The translations under genes were made by a program, and so were the position numbers. A stretch of DNA of 64,000 bases, from the NCBI GenBank assembly GCA_965649265.1, contig CBFGKC010000005.1, forward strand, positions 1 through 64,000, given 5' to 3'. Positions 54,277 to 64,000 of this stretch are shown piece by piece (positions within the stretch are counted from its first letter, which is position 1; each line of letters starts with the position of its first letter). The stretch is from a candidate division WOR-3 bacterium (GTDB taxonomy: Bacteria; Hydrothermota; Tepidihabitantia; B3-TA06). The notes beneath the pieces were generated by a model, which saw only the letters and a program-made list of their open reading frames with translations, was not told the origin of the DNA and did not search any database.

Positions 54277-55230
54277 ATGATTGGATTTCTTGTAGTTGTG
54301 CTACTTCTCGCATTTCTTGCGATTCTTTTCTTCGGCTTCAGGCTGCAGAGACTCTTTATCCGTCATCCCGCAGGAGAAGTGCAGAAGGCAAAACGTCAGG
54401 TTAGACCTGCCGCATACGTCGTGGCTGCGCTGGCCGTCCTCGTTTTAGCCATAGTCGTGAGCTTTATCAGGATTGTGCCAGTCGGGAACGCGCTCGTCAT
54501 CTTCTGGATAATCCCTAAGACCTACAGTGTTTCCCGCGAGGGCATCAATTTCATTCCGCCGATTATAACCCAGACATCACTTTACGATTTACGCAGGACC
54601 GAGTACACCATGTCCAGCGCCGTCGAGGAGGGTCGGCGCAAGGACGCAGACGACGCGCTGTGGGCTCCCACCAAGGAAGGGCTTGAGGTAGGTCTCGATC
54701 TTACGTGCTGGTATCACCTTGACCCGAACAAGGTATTCGATATACATCGACTGATCGGCCCTGACTTTGAGGAGAAGGTCGTAAGGCCGACCATTCGCTC
54801 CGCCGTTCGCCTTACCGTATCCGGTTACACCATAATGGATATATATTCCGGCAAAAGGGAAGCAGTACAGGAGGAGATACAAAGACGCCTGAAGAAGCTC
54901 CTTGAGCCGGACGGGGTAATCGTCGACGGAGTAGCCCTGCGTGATGTTCAGTTCACCGAGGATTTCGCGAAGTCGATTGAGGAGAAACAGATAGCCCAGC
55001 AGAAGGCCGAAAAGATGGAGTATATTCTTCTGCAGGAGCAAAAAGAGGCCGAACGCAAGGGCATAGAGGCCGAGGGTAAGGCAAAGGCCATAGCCATCGT
55101 CTCGCGCGAGCTCCGCGCCAACCCCAACTACATAAAGTATCTGTATGTGGATAAGCTGGCTGACGATGTTAAGGTGATAGTGTCCGACCAGGCGACTATA
55201 ATGGACTTGAAGGGTATCATTGGCCAGTAA
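54277..55230 (+). CDS. Prohibitin/SPFH (band 7) family membrane protein
   Basis: Two TM helices, TKEGL.V.LD, VVRPTIRS..R, LRDVQF...FAKSIEEKQIAQQ, EAEGKA; promoter TTGACT-17-TATTAT at 54212-54240; AGGAGG RBS. Confidence 0.9.
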   Translation: MIGFLVVVLLLAFLAILFFGFRLQRLFIRHPAGEVQKAKRQVRPAAYVVAALAVLVLAIVVSFIRIVPVGNALVIFWIIPKTYSVSREGINFIPPIITQTSLYDLRRTEYTMSSAVEEGRRKDADDALWAPTKEGLEVGLDLTCWYHLDPNKVFDIHRLIGPDFEEKVVRPTIRSAVRLTVSGYTIMDIYSGKREAVQEEIQRRLKKLLEPDGVIVDGVALRDVQFTEDFAKSIEEKQIAQQKAEKMEYILLQEQKEAERKGIEAEGKAKAIAIVSRELRANPNYIKYLYVDKLADDVKVIVSDQATIMDLKGIIGQ

Positions 55231-55240
55231 GCTCTTCTTG

Positions 55241-55278
55241 TACCCCAAAAGAATACGGAGTATTCTTTTGGGGACCCC
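55241..55278 (-). repeat. GGGGTCCCC-hairpin palindromic repeat, copy 2
   Basis: TACCCCAAAAGAATAC-gga-GTATTCTTTTGGGGACCCC. Confidence 0.7.
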
Positions 55279-55522
55279 GCCTACTCAGATCCTTAAGAGT
55301 CACTACGTCTTGAAATGACTACGTTTTACGGAGTCCAGGAAGGCGACACTTATGAAGCACCGATACGCTGTTGCTTCGTAGGGACCCCTCTCCTCTTCTT
55401 TAAAGGAGCGTGGATGAGTTCGACCAAACCAAAGCAGACGTTGGCGGTCAGACTTCCAGGAACTGAAGAGTCGCTTTTTAGGATTTCAAACAGCTTTTCG
55501 TGCAAGCTCCCTGAGTAGATTC

Positions 55523-56581
55523 ATGTGGCTTGCCGAACTTGGTGTAGCGGGGTTCAGGAATCTCGCGGAACAGAAGCTCGAATTCGGCGAGCACGCGAAC
55601 ATCGTCTTCGGTTCCAACGGAGCCGGGAAGACCAATCTCCTTGAATCAATCTCAGTGCTCGCTCGCGGCCGCAGCTTCCGGACGCTTCAGGACTCGGAAC
55701 TCCTTGGATTCGATGCGGAGCGGTTCCGTGTTGCAGGAAGGGTGGAGAATGAGCGAGGCCAGACATGGACCGGCCGCGTGTACTTCTCACCGGCGGAGAG
55801 GAAACATTACTTCCTTGAACGACGCGAGATACTCAAACGCTCCCTCTTTTCAGGATGGCTTCCTGCATCTATCTTTCTTCTCGACGACCGCAGGCTTATT
55901 GCAGGCTCGCCCGCGGAACGAAGGGCCTTTCTTGACGAAGCATTGAGTAAACTCTCACGCACTTACGGTTTTCTTCTCTCAGAGTTTCGCAGGGTTCTCC
56001 TTTTTCGTAATGCCCTGCTTAAGAAAGGCTCGGGAGATGATGAATTCAGGGTGTGGGAGAGGCGACTTGCCGAACTCGCCGGGGAGATTGCAGGGCGGAG
56101 GTCGGAATACTGGCAGCGTTTCATCGTGCACTTCGAACGAATGGCCAAGCGTTTCCTGCCTTCCGCCGAGCTCAAGGTGGAATACTTAAGCAACGTAAAG
56201 GAGGAGGAGGATTATGCCGAACTTCTTGAGCGTTCGCGGGAATCGGAGAAGAGATACGGGTTCACCAGCCGCGGTCCCCACAGGGACGACTTCAGGGTAA
56301 GGTTGGGGTCCCGTCCGCTACGTTCGTTCGGCTCTCACGGGCAGCAGAGGCTTGCCGCACTCGCCCTGGCGCTGGCAGAATCGGAGACCGCGCTCGCTGC
56401 GGGCGTTAAGCCCGTGTATCTCATGGACGACGTCGCAGCAGAGCTTGACGATTACAACACCAGACTTCTTTTTGAACTGGTAAGATCGAAGGGCCAGCTC
56501 TTCTATGCCGCGGCAAAACCTCCACGCGACGTGGAAGGGAGAAGATTTCATGTCAAGCAAGGCTCGATCAAGCAAGTTTAA
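55523..56581 (+). CDS. recF: DNA replication and repair protein RecF
   Basis: FRNL, GSNGAGKTNLLE, GSPAERRAFLD, GPHRDD, GSHGQQR, LMDDVAAELD. Confidence 0.93.
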   Translation: MWLAELGVAGFRNLAEQKLEFGEHANIVFGSNGAGKTNLLESISVLARGRSFRTLQDSELLGFDAERFRVAGRVENERGQTWTGRVYFSPAERKHYFLERREILKRSLFSGWLPASIFLLDDRRLIAGSPAERRAFLDEALSKLSRTYGFLLSEFRRVLLFRNALLKKGSGDDEFRVWERRLAELAGEIAGRRSEYWQRFIVHFERMAKRFLPSAELKVEYLSNVKEEEDYAELLERSRESEKRYGFTSRGPHRDDFRVRLGSRPLRSFGSHGQQRLAALALALAESETALAAGVKPVYLMDDVAAELDDYNTRLLFELVRSKGQLFYAAAKPPRDVEGRRFHVKQGSIKQV

Positions 56582-56873
56582 ATCGCTTAAGGAAGCGGCT
56601 TCCGAGATTCTCAACTCAAGGCTCGGCTCAAAATTAGCCGATTATGAGGCAGTAAAGATGTGGCCCGACGCCGCAGGTGCAAAGATCGCATCAAGATGTG
56701 TTGCAATGGGAATAAAATCGGGTATACTTTATGTTACGGTGCCGACAAATGTCTGGCTCACCGAACTCAAAGCACTTAAGAACAAGCTGATAACAAACGT
56801 TAATACAAGGGTTGGACGGGAGGTGGTCAAGGATATCAAATTTATAGCGGGTAATTCTAAGAGGAAGATATGA
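56550..56873 (+). CDS. DUF721/DciA family protein
   Basis: W..AAG..IA, G.LYV.V....W..EL, V.DI.F; lies between recF and gyrB. Confidence 0.85.
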   Translation: MSSKARSSKFKSLKEAASEILNSRLGSKLADYEAVKMWPDAAGAKIASRCVAMGIKSGILYVTVPTNVWLTELKALKNKLITNVNTRVGREVVKDIKFIAGNSKRKI

Positions 56874-58768
56874 ACGAACGCTACGATGCAACACAAATCC
56901 AGGTTCTTAAAGGACTTGAAGGCGTAAGAAGACGCCCCGCCATGTACATAGGTGACGTGAGCGTGCGCGGACTCCATCACCTTGTCTCAGAGATTGTAGA
57001 CAATTCCATTGACGAGGCCATGGCTGGGATATGCAAAAATATCACCATCACGATTCTTGCGGCCGATCAGGTCTCCATTGAAGACGACGGACGCGGTATC
57101 CCGGTGGATACCCATCCCGATTTGGGGGTTTCGGCACTCGAGGTCGTCATGACCGTCCTTCACGCCGGAGCCAAGTTTTCGGGAAAGGTATATACGATAT
57201 CGGGCGGCCTCCACGGCGTCGGTGCCTCGGTGGTAAACGCCCTGTCGGAGTGGCTCGAAGCCGAGGTTTACAGAGACGGCAAGATATATCAGCAGCGCTA
57301 CGAACAGGGAATCCCCCAGGGACCGGTAAAACCTGCCGGTTCCACGAAGAAAACGGGCACGAAGATAACGTTCAAGCCTGATGCAACGATATTCAAAAAG
57401 ACGACGTTCAACCCCGAGGTACTTGCCACGAGACTGCGCGAGGTGGCCTATCTCAATCCCGAGCTTGCCATCAAACTCGTGGATAAAACCGCGAACACCG
57501 AGCAGGTGTTTCACTACAAGAACGGCCTTCTGGACTTCCTCGCTTATATTGACCATGGTTCAAATCGCCTTCACAAACCCGTTTACATCAAAGACGCTCG
57601 CAACGAGATAGAGGTTGAGGCGGCCGTGGAGTATACCGACAGTTTCTCGGAAAATATTATAACTTTTGTAAATACGATTAATACGCACGAGGGCGGAACC
57701 CACATGGTGGGATTCAAATCGGCCCTGACGAAAACCCTCAACGACGCCGCGCGCAAGGCCGCCACACAGAAGTCAAAGAACGTCGAGCTTTCGGGCGAGG
57801 ACGTCCGGGAGGGGCTCTCCGCGGTAATTTCGGTGAGGATGAGGAACCCCCAGTTCGAAGGTCAGACCAAGACCAAGCTGGGGAACAGCGAGGTCAGGGG
57901 CATCGTGGAATCCATTGTATCGGAAGGTCTGTCCCGTCATTTTGACGAGCAGCCGAGGGTCTTGAATCTCATACTCCAGAAGGCCCAGGCTGCCGCGCGA
58001 GCGCGTGAAGCCGCACGCAAGGCACGCGATATCGAACGAAAGAAGAGTCTTCTTTCGTCGGAGACGCTGCCGGGAAAGCTTGCCGACTGTTCGTCGGATA
58101 ACGCAGATGAGTGTGAGCTTTTCATTGTCGAGGGTGAATCGGCAGGAGGTTCGGCAAAACAGGGCCGCGATCGCCGCTTCCAGGCGGTGCTCGCATTGCG
58201 GGGAAAGATTCTTAATGTTGAGAAATCCGCCCTGAACAAGATATTGGCAAATAATGAGATAAAGGCGATAGTGGGGTCGGTCGGAACCGGTTTCGGGGAG
58301 GACAGCTTCGAGCGCGAACGCCTGCGCTACTCGAAGATAGTCATAATGGCAGATGCCGACGTTGACGGTTCACACATCCGCACGCTTCTTTTGACTCTCT
58401 TTTACCGCCACATGAGGGAGTTGATTGAGAACGGCATGATCTACATCGCGCAGCCGCCTTTATACAAAGTAAAGCATGGCAAAAAGGAAGCTTACATATA
58501 CACGGATGATGAACTGGAATCGTACCGTAAGCAGCGCTCCAACCCGGACGGTCTTGAGGTCCAGCGATTCAAGGGTCTGGGCGAGATGAATCCGGAACAG
58601 CTCTGGGAGACCACGATGAATCCGGAAAAACGGATACTCAAAAAAGTGAACGTGGCCGACGCCGCCGAGGCGCACAAGGTATTCTCCGATCTTATGGGTT
58701 CGGAAGTAGGTCCGAGGCGGGAATTCATAGAAACCAACGCGCAATTCGTTGAAAACCTCGATATTTAG
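56870..58768 (+). CDS. gyrB: DNA gyrase subunit B
   Basis: VRRRPAMYIG, EIVDNSIDE, GGLHGVG, FEGQTKTKLGN, VEGESAGGSAKQGR, DADVDGSHI, RFKGLGEMNPEQLWETTM, NLDI. Confidence 0.96.
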   Translation: MNERYDATQIQVLKGLEGVRRRPAMYIGDVSVRGLHHLVSEIVDNSIDEAMAGICKNITITILAADQVSIEDDGRGIPVDTHPDLGVSALEVVMTVLHAGAKFSGKVYTISGGLHGVGASVVNALSEWLEAEVYRDGKIYQQRYEQGIPQGPVKPAGSTKKTGTKITFKPDATIFKKTTFNPEVLATRLREVAYLNPELAIKLVDKTANTEQVFHYKNGLLDFLAYIDHGSNRLHKPVYIKDARNEIEVEAAVEYTDSFSENIITFVNTINTHEGGTHMVGFKSALTKTLNDAARKAATQKSKNVELSGEDVREGLSAVISVRMRNPQFEGQTKTKLGNSEVRGIVESIVSEGLSRHFDEQPRVLNLILQKAQAAARAREAARKARDIERKKSLLSSETLPGKLADCSSDNADECELFIVEGESAGGSAKQGRDRRFQAVLALRGKILNVEKSALNKILANNEIKAIVGSVGTGFGEDSFERERLRYSKIVIMADADVDGSHIRTLLLTLFYRHMRELIENGMIYIAQPPLYKVKHGKKEAYIYTDDELESYRKQRSNPDGLEVQRFKGLGEMNPEQLWETTMNPEKRILKKVNVADAAEAHKVFSDLMGSEVGPRREFIETNAQFVENLDI

Positions 58769-58776
58769 GAGGATTT

Positions 58777-59835
58777 GTGGAGAGACACGAACTCTTCAAG
58801 GAACTTACTGAAGCCTTTGGACCCTCGGGTTACGAAACCGACGTTCGCACCATAATGGCGCGCCATTTCGAAAAAAACCTGAAAGTTTCTACCGATAATC
58901 TGGGATCGGTCGTCGGATATCATGAGGGCGATGCCAAGGGCCCCAAGGTTCTTCTAGCCGCACACATGGACGAAGTGGGATTCATGGTCAAGAAGGTGAC
59001 CAAGAACGGTTACATCTATTTTCTTCCATTAGGAGGGTGGTGGCCCCAGGTGCTCTTGAGCCAGCGGGTCAAGGTGAGAACGCGTAAGGGTGATTTTGAG
59101 GGTATTGTGGGCTCAAAGGCCCCGCACGCAATGAAGGAGGAGGAGCGCAAAAAAGTTCCCGAGATGGACAACCTTTTCATCGACATCGGTGTTCTTGGCG
59201 AGAACTCTCTTAAAGACGCGGACATACGGCCGGGTGATCCCATAGTGCCTGTTTCGCCGTTCAGCGTGCTTCAAAACGGTGTGCTTGCATCCAAGGCGTG
59301 GGATGACCGCGTGGGCTGCGCCGCACTGTCGGAGATCGCAGAAAAGCTTCCCAAGCACTCATCCAGACTCTATCTCGCGGGAACAGTGCAGGAGGAGGTG
59401 GGGCTGCGCGGTGCAAGAACCGTTGCAGGTCTCGTGGAACCGGATATTTCGATAGCCATTGACGTCTCGCTGTCATCAGATTCGCCGGGCGAGGATTCCG
59501 AGGCGCTAGAGCGTTTCGGAGCGGGCGCGGCAGTCCTCATTTACGATTCGACGATGATCCCGAATCTCAAGTTCAGGGATTTCGTGTGCGAGACTGCCGA
59601 GGCCGAGGGTATTAAATATCATCTCGCCTCCCTGCGCGGCGGCTACGATACGGGTGTCATTCATATATCAAAGATAGGCGTGCCTTCCATAGCCCTCGGG
59701 CTTCCCGCGCGTTACATACATTCGCACGTGGGAGTCATTTATGAGGAGGATTACGCGGCGTTAGAGAGGCTCCTTCGCGCCCTCATCGGACGCCTCGATT
59801 CCTCGAAGGCAGCCGAAATTGCCAAATTCGCATGA
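58777..59835 (+). CDS. M42 family (TET-like) aminopeptidase
   Basis: GPSGYE, DNLGS, AAHMDEVG, KAWDDRVG, VQEEVGLRGA, RYIHSH. Confidence 0.93.
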   Translation: MERHELFKELTEAFGPSGYETDVRTIMARHFEKNLKVSTDNLGSVVGYHEGDAKGPKVLLAAHMDEVGFMVKKVTKNGYIYFLPLGGWWPQVLLSQRVKVRTRKGDFEGIVGSKAPHAMKEEERKKVPEMDNLFIDIGVLGENSLKDADIRPGDPIVPVSPFSVLQNGVLASKAWDDRVGCAALSEIAEKLPKHSSRLYLAGTVQEEVGLRGARTVAGLVEPDISIAIDVSLSSDSPGEDSEALERFGAGAAVLIYDSTMIPNLKFRDFVCETAEAEGIKYHLASLRGGYDTGVIHISKIGVPSIALGLPARYIHSHVGVIYEEDYAALERLLRALIGRLDSSKAAEIAKFA

Positions 59836-59845
59836 AGGAGGAATT

Positions 59846-61912
59846 GTGAGCGCAAAGGATCCTAAAAACGTACGCACTTTCGGTTTCTTCGGTCATGGCG
59901 GATCGGGCAAGACCACCCTGGCCGACGCGATACTTTTCTTTACCGGCGCGAACTCCAGACAGGGAAAAGTGGATGCCGGAACATCCATCTTTGACTTTGA
60001 CGAAGAAGAAATTGCCCGCAAGAACAGTCTCAGCCTTGCGCTGGCATCGTGCGAGTACCAGGATCATCTTTTAAGTATCGTTGATACTCCCGGTTATGCC
60101 GACTTCATAGGCGAGATGATTTCCGGATCGCGCGCCGTGGATGTGGGCATTATTGTCGTGGACGCCGGAACAGGAATCGGCGTCGGCACCGAGATGGGCT
60201 GGAAGCGGCTTGTTGACGAACACAAGGGCCGCGCCTTCTTCGTAAACAAACTCTCGAAACCGGATACCGATTTCGCGGCCATTTACAAACAGCTCGTGGA
60301 GGCATTCGGCACATCGATAGCGCCAGTGACTATTCCTATCGGTGCAGGCGCAGGATTCTCCGGTGTAGCCGATCTTATTTCAGAAAAGGCGTTTGTGACG
60401 AAAAACGGAAAAACCGAAGTCCAGGCGATTCCGGATTCAATGAAAGGTGAGTTTGACACCTACAAGGAAAAGATGATCGAGGCTGTTGCCGAGATAGACG
60501 AAAGCCTTTTAGAGAAGTATCTGGAGGGGAACGTCCCGACCACCGCCGAGCTTTTACCGATTTTCAAGAAGGGCGTTGCAGAGGGAAAGATATATCCCCT
60601 GTTTGCGGGAGATGCGCTCTCCATGGCGGGTGTCCAGCCCCTTGTGGACTTCATCGTGGGATTCTTCCCTTCGCCGTTGGACATTCCCGCCCTCAAGGTC
60701 ACAAAGGACGGTCAGGACGCGGAATTCGTCGTTCAGGGCTCAAAGGACACGGTCGCATACGTATTTAAGACAGTATCGGACCCGCATCTGGGCGATCTTT
60801 TATACACACGCGTCTTCTCGGGTGAGATTGCGACCGGCAACACCGTGCAGAACATCGACCAGGGTTCGTCGGAACGAATCGGCCAGGTGCTCGCACTACA
60901 GGGCCGCGAGCGCTCGGATGCAGGCAAACTCACCGCAGGCATGATCGGCGGCCTCGTCAAACTGAAGACGACGGGCACGGGTGATACGCTTACCTCGGGT
61001 GCAAAACTGGCCATAGGGAAGCTTACTTTCCCCAACCCGCCCATATCGGTTGCGGTGGTCCCCCAGTCAAAGGGCGACGAGGAGAAGGTCTCCAACGCGC
61101 TCGCAAGGTTGCACGATGAGGACCCTACCTTTGTCTACCGCTTCGATCCCGAGCTCAAACAACAACTTATATCGGGCATGGGCGAGCTGCACCTGGATGT
61201 CATCCTCTCTAAATTGAAGAAAAAGTTCGGTGTCTCGGTTGAAACCAAGAAGCCGCGCATCCCGTACCGCGAGACCGTAACGGCCAAGGCCGAGGCCCAG
61301 GGACGACACAAAAAACAGTCGGGCGGCCGCGGTCAGTTCGGCGACGTATTCCTGCGTCTGGAGCCCTTGCCGCGCGGCGGTGGTGTCGAATTCGTGGACG
61401 AAATTTTCGGCGGCGCGGTGCCCAAGAACTACATCCCGGCGGTCGAAAAGGGCGTGCGCGAGTTCGTGACGCAAGGCTATCTTGCGGGATATCAAATGGT
61501 TGACGTGCGGATCACGCTTTACGACGGAAGCTACCACACGGTGGACTCCTCCGAAATCGCGTTCAAACTCGCCGCGCAGATTGCCATGAAGACCTGCTGC
61601 GAGAAAGCAAAACCCATTCTGCTCGAACCCGTGCTTTTCGTAGAAGTGACCGTTCCTGAAGAGTTTATGGGCGACGTTATCGGCGACCTCAACTCGAGGC
61701 GCGGACGAATCCAGGGTATGGACGCCATTGGCCGCAACCAGGTGGTCAAGGCGACGGTGCCCGAAGCCGAGATGTACAAGTATGCTACGACATTACGGTC
61801 GGTTACGCAGGGTCGCGGTTTCTTTACCGCGCAGTTCGACCATTACGACCCCGTGCCTCAGGAGGTTTCCGCGAAAGTGATAGAGGAAGCCAAAAAGGCA
61901 AAGGAAGAGTAA
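59846..61912 (+). CDS. fusA: Elongation factor G paralogue (EF-G2 type)
   Basis: GHGGSGKTT, DTPGYADF, NKL, GMGELHL, KKQSGGRGQFG, DGSYHTVDSSE, GDLNSRRG; the G2 motif RGITI is replaced by RKNSL; start at GTG 59846 after AAGGAGG. Confidence 0.9.
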   Translation: MSAKDPKNVRTFGFFGHGGSGKTTLADAILFFTGANSRQGKVDAGTSIFDFDEEEIARKNSLSLALASCEYQDHLLSIVDTPGYADFIGEMISGSRAVDVGIIVVDAGTGIGVGTEMGWKRLVDEHKGRAFFVNKLSKPDTDFAAIYKQLVEAFGTSIAPVTIPIGAGAGFSGVADLISEKAFVTKNGKTEVQAIPDSMKGEFDTYKEKMIEAVAEIDESLLEKYLEGNVPTTAELLPIFKKGVAEGKIYPLFAGDALSMAGVQPLVDFIVGFFPSPLDIPALKVTKDGQDAEFVVQGSKDTVAYVFKTVSDPHLGDLLYTRVFSGEIATGNTVQNIDQGSSERIGQVLALQGRERSDAGKLTAGMIGGLVKLKTTGTGDTLTSGAKLAIGKLTFPNPPISVAVVPQSKGDEEKVSNALARLHDEDPTFVYRFDPELKQQLISGMGELHLDVILSKLKKKFGVSVETKKPRIPYRETVTAKAEAQGRHKKQSGGRGQFGDVFLRLEPLPRGGGVEFVDEIFGGAVPKNYIPAVEKGVREFVTQGYLAGYQMVDVRITLYDGSYHTVDSSEIAFKLAAQIAMKTCCEKAKPILLEPVLFVEVTVPEEFMGDVIGDLNSRRGRIQGMDAIGRNQVVKATVPEAEMYKYATTLRSVTQGRGFFTAQFDHYDPVPQEVSAKVIEEAKKAKEE

Positions 61913-61975
61913 ATTGATTCTATAAGCATCGCTAAAGCGATTCTTATGTAAACCCTGATCAAGAAAATTCTTTAG

Positions 61976-62000
61976 GAAGGCCGGCCTTGAGCCGGCCTTC
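61976..62000 (+). terminator. GC-rich hairpin after fusA
   Basis: GAAGGCCGGC-cttga-GCCGGCCTTC; weak U-tract. Confidence 0.5.
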
Positions 62001-62034
62001 AATTTAGCAGTCGACAAGGGAAAATCGGGTTAAA

Positions 62035-62059
62035 AAAAGCTGGACAAAAGTGGGACAAA
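62035..62059 (+). repeat. AAAAG(C)TGG(G)AC tandem motif, second locus
   Basis: AAAAGCTGGACAAAAGTGGGACAAA matches 8022-8047. Confidence 0.65.
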
Positions 62060-62183
62060 TTCCGCGGCCCAAAACCGTACTTAGAGCTTTACGCCTCTTT
62101 TGAAATCACATCCCGTTGTCACTTACAATGGCCCACGCAAAGCTAAGTGGATGTGCTGCGAAAACGGGCAAAAAGGGGGGGCC

Positions 62184-62224
62184 TACCCCAAAAGAACACC
62201 GGAGACGTTCTTTTAGGGGACCCC
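62184..62224 (-). repeat. GGGGTCCCC-hairpin palindromic repeat, copy 3
   Basis: TACCCCAAAAGAAC-accggagac-GTTCTTTTAGGGGACCCC. Confidence 0.7.
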
Positions 62225-62289
62225 GACGACTTTTGGAAAAAGTCTTTCAGAAGCCTGCCTGCCGAAAATCGAGATCGAGGCAAACTTCT

Positions 62290-62725
62290 GAACTGCCACC
62301 GAGGTGGCAGTCGACCCGGCTTGAAGAAACCCGTCAGTACCTCCCTCACCCGGCTTTATTAAGGGGGGGAGGGGTATTATCTACCTCAGGAAGTCGCTCT
62401 GCGCCTCCTTGGGGATGAAGTGAATGCTCCTTAGATACCAGTCGAAAACGCAGGAGCTTACCTCTGTGTACCCCTTGGGATAAGCTTTATCCCAAGGGGC
62501 ACGCTGAAGTCGGCCCCTACGAACTCAATTCCTCCAACCAGGGGAGCTTACCCTCTCCCTTCGGGAGAGGGCGGGGGTGAGGGAAACGCATCTCCTTCCC
62601 TCGACGGGAAGGGGTGGGGGGCAAGGTAGCGGCTGGGAGCCGCATGGGCCGAACGATAACGTTCGGCAAACGCTCTTCTAGAACGTACACCTCCTCCCAG
62701 CCTCCCCCATCAACGGGGAGGAGAT
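62290..62725. repeat. Dense cluster of REP-like palindromes between convergent genes
   Basis: ACTGCCACCGAGGTGGCAGT, CCCCTTGGGATAAGCTTTATCCCAAGGGG, a GTAG-type GCACGCTGAAGTCGGCCCCTAC, CCCTCTCCCTTCGGGAGAGGG, and an inverted pair at 62594-62627 / 62688-62721. Confidence 0.75.
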
Positions 62726-62735
62726 TTAAATGTCT

Positions 62736-64000
62736 CTACCTCACTATCACGATCTTCCGGGTGACGCCCACACTGCCCGATTCGAGCCGCGCGAAGTAGA
62801 CGCCTGCCGAAAATGCCGCGACCTTCACCTCGCCTTGCCTGCGGACGGCTAGACTTGAAACCATCCTGCCCGACGCGTCGTAGAGCTCGATGGTGCCTTG
62901 CTCGCCTTGGCTCAGGGAATATCGCAGGGTGATCTCCGAATTAATTGGCGAGGATATTTCGAGGTGGGGTGTTACGGGTGTTTCTGAGGAGGGTGTTTCT
63001 GAGGAGGGAGGCTCGGTGACACCTACGTTACCTAGCGAGTCGGTCTTGATGAGCCAGAGATCCATTTTTCCTGCGCCGTATGAGTCTGTTCCTCCCATGA
63101 CAATATAGCCGTTGTCCGGGGTAACCAGTACCCTATATCCGTAATCAAATCCACTTCCTCCAAAGATTCTATTGAAACGCTCTCCTCCAAAGTAACCACG
63201 TTCTGATAAAATAAGATCCGGATACTCATCCGTCCTGCATGAAACCCCGGTTACGATGTAAGCATTAGAACCGACACCGTTCTCAACGCAAAAGCCTTCT
63301 TGCTCTCCTTCTCCTCCCCACGCCGCTGTCCAATCATAATTTTCTAAATCAACAAAGTAAGTAGCTCCTAAGAAAATATCGGAAGGATCATCTGGATTTG
63401 GAGAACTCCACCCAACGCAGAGGTATCCGCCCGGCGACCATCTCTCCTGAATATAGTTTATATTACCTCCGGGGCTCTCATCCGTTGAGAAAACCTCACC
63501 TGAAGTGTCTATCCTTACGAAGCGGGTTCCCATTGTAAAAGACTGAACTAACAAAACGTATCCGTATACAAATTGGTGATTAATCTGGGCGCTGATTAGT
63601 AGATCATCCTCACTCTCACCGTAAGTCTTTGTCCATACTGTATCACCATCTCCTTCAATGCGCAGTATCCACACATCTGTACAACCGGCGCCCTCCGATT
63701 CTGTCTCGCCTAAAACCATATACCCCTCCGGCATCTCGAACACGAACTGACCACAATCAGACACACCAGGTAAACCATAACTACGTTTCCATACTGTGTC
63801 GCCAAGTGAATCGGCCTTCACTATCCACAGGTCTCCATCTAATGCCATTTCGCCAGCATCTCTATATCCTGTTATTATGTATCCACCATCCTTTGTTTGT
63901 TGAACATCTTCACCTACATCATTCATAGGTCCACCATACGTACGAGTCCACTGGGTATCACCTTGCTGGTTGACCTTCACCAGCCAGAGATCGTATGCAT
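62736..64000 (-). CDS. Secreted repeat (beta-propeller-like) protein with T9SS-type C-terminal domain; N-terminus outside the window
   Basis: Repeats W..K.D..GDT.WT.TYGG; linker TEPPSSETPSSETPVTP; LYDASGR...AGVYFARL...TRKIVIVR. The frame is open to base 64000. Confidence 0.85.
   Translation of the reverse strand, partial: AYDLWLVKVNQQGDTQWTRTYGGPMNDVGEDVQQTKDGGYIITGYRDAGEMALDGDLWIVKADSLGDTVWKRSYGLPGVSDCGQFVFEMPEGYMVLGETESEGAGCTDVWILRIEGDGDTVWTKTYGESEDDLLISAQINHQFVYGYVLLVQSFTMGTRFVRIDTSGEVFSTDESPGGNINYIQERWSPGGYLCVGWSSPNPDDPSDIFLGATYFVDLENYDWTAAWGGEGEQEGFCVENGVGSNAYIVTGVSCRTDEYPDLILSERGYFGGERFNRIFGGSGFDYGYRVLVTPDNGYIVMGGTDSYGAGKMDLWLIKTDSLGNVGVTEPPSSETPSSETPVTPHLEISSPINSEITLRYSLSQGEQGTIELYDASGRMVSSLAVRRQGEVKVAAFSAGVYFARLESGSVGVTRKIVIVR

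Overview
This is a 64-kb chromosomal window from a diderm, LPS-making bacterium. Six genes end in T9SS-like C-terminal sorting domains; a candidate division WOR-3/TA06-like lineage is my inference and is not proven. Housekeeping content: skp-lpxD-lpxC-fabZ-lpxA, two PASTA proteins, rpe, ffh, smc-ftsY, glmM-glmS-recA-recX-alaS-scpB, recF-dciA-gyrB, an M42 peptidase and an EF-G paralogue. Accessory content: an edge-truncated IS481-like transposase, two membrane-anchored TPR paralogues, secreted M28 and C25 peptidases, a secreted cupredoxin, and a yfa-like alpha-2-macroglobulin/PBP/SpoIID operon. The standout is a two-gene operon with its own promoter, in which a form III RuBisCO retaining the catalytic motifs overlaps a phosphoribulokinase gene. 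This suggests an RHP-type or Calvin-variant CO2-incorporating route rather than the usual AMP-salvage role. Other signals are several families of palindromic REP-like repeats, a GTTACGG/GGGTGTTTCTGAGGA repeat found both intergenically and inside a T9SS linker, a shared ECF-sigma promoter on two membrane-protein genes, and at least seven apparently leaderless sigma70-type promoters. I found no tRNA, rRNA or CRISPR array.
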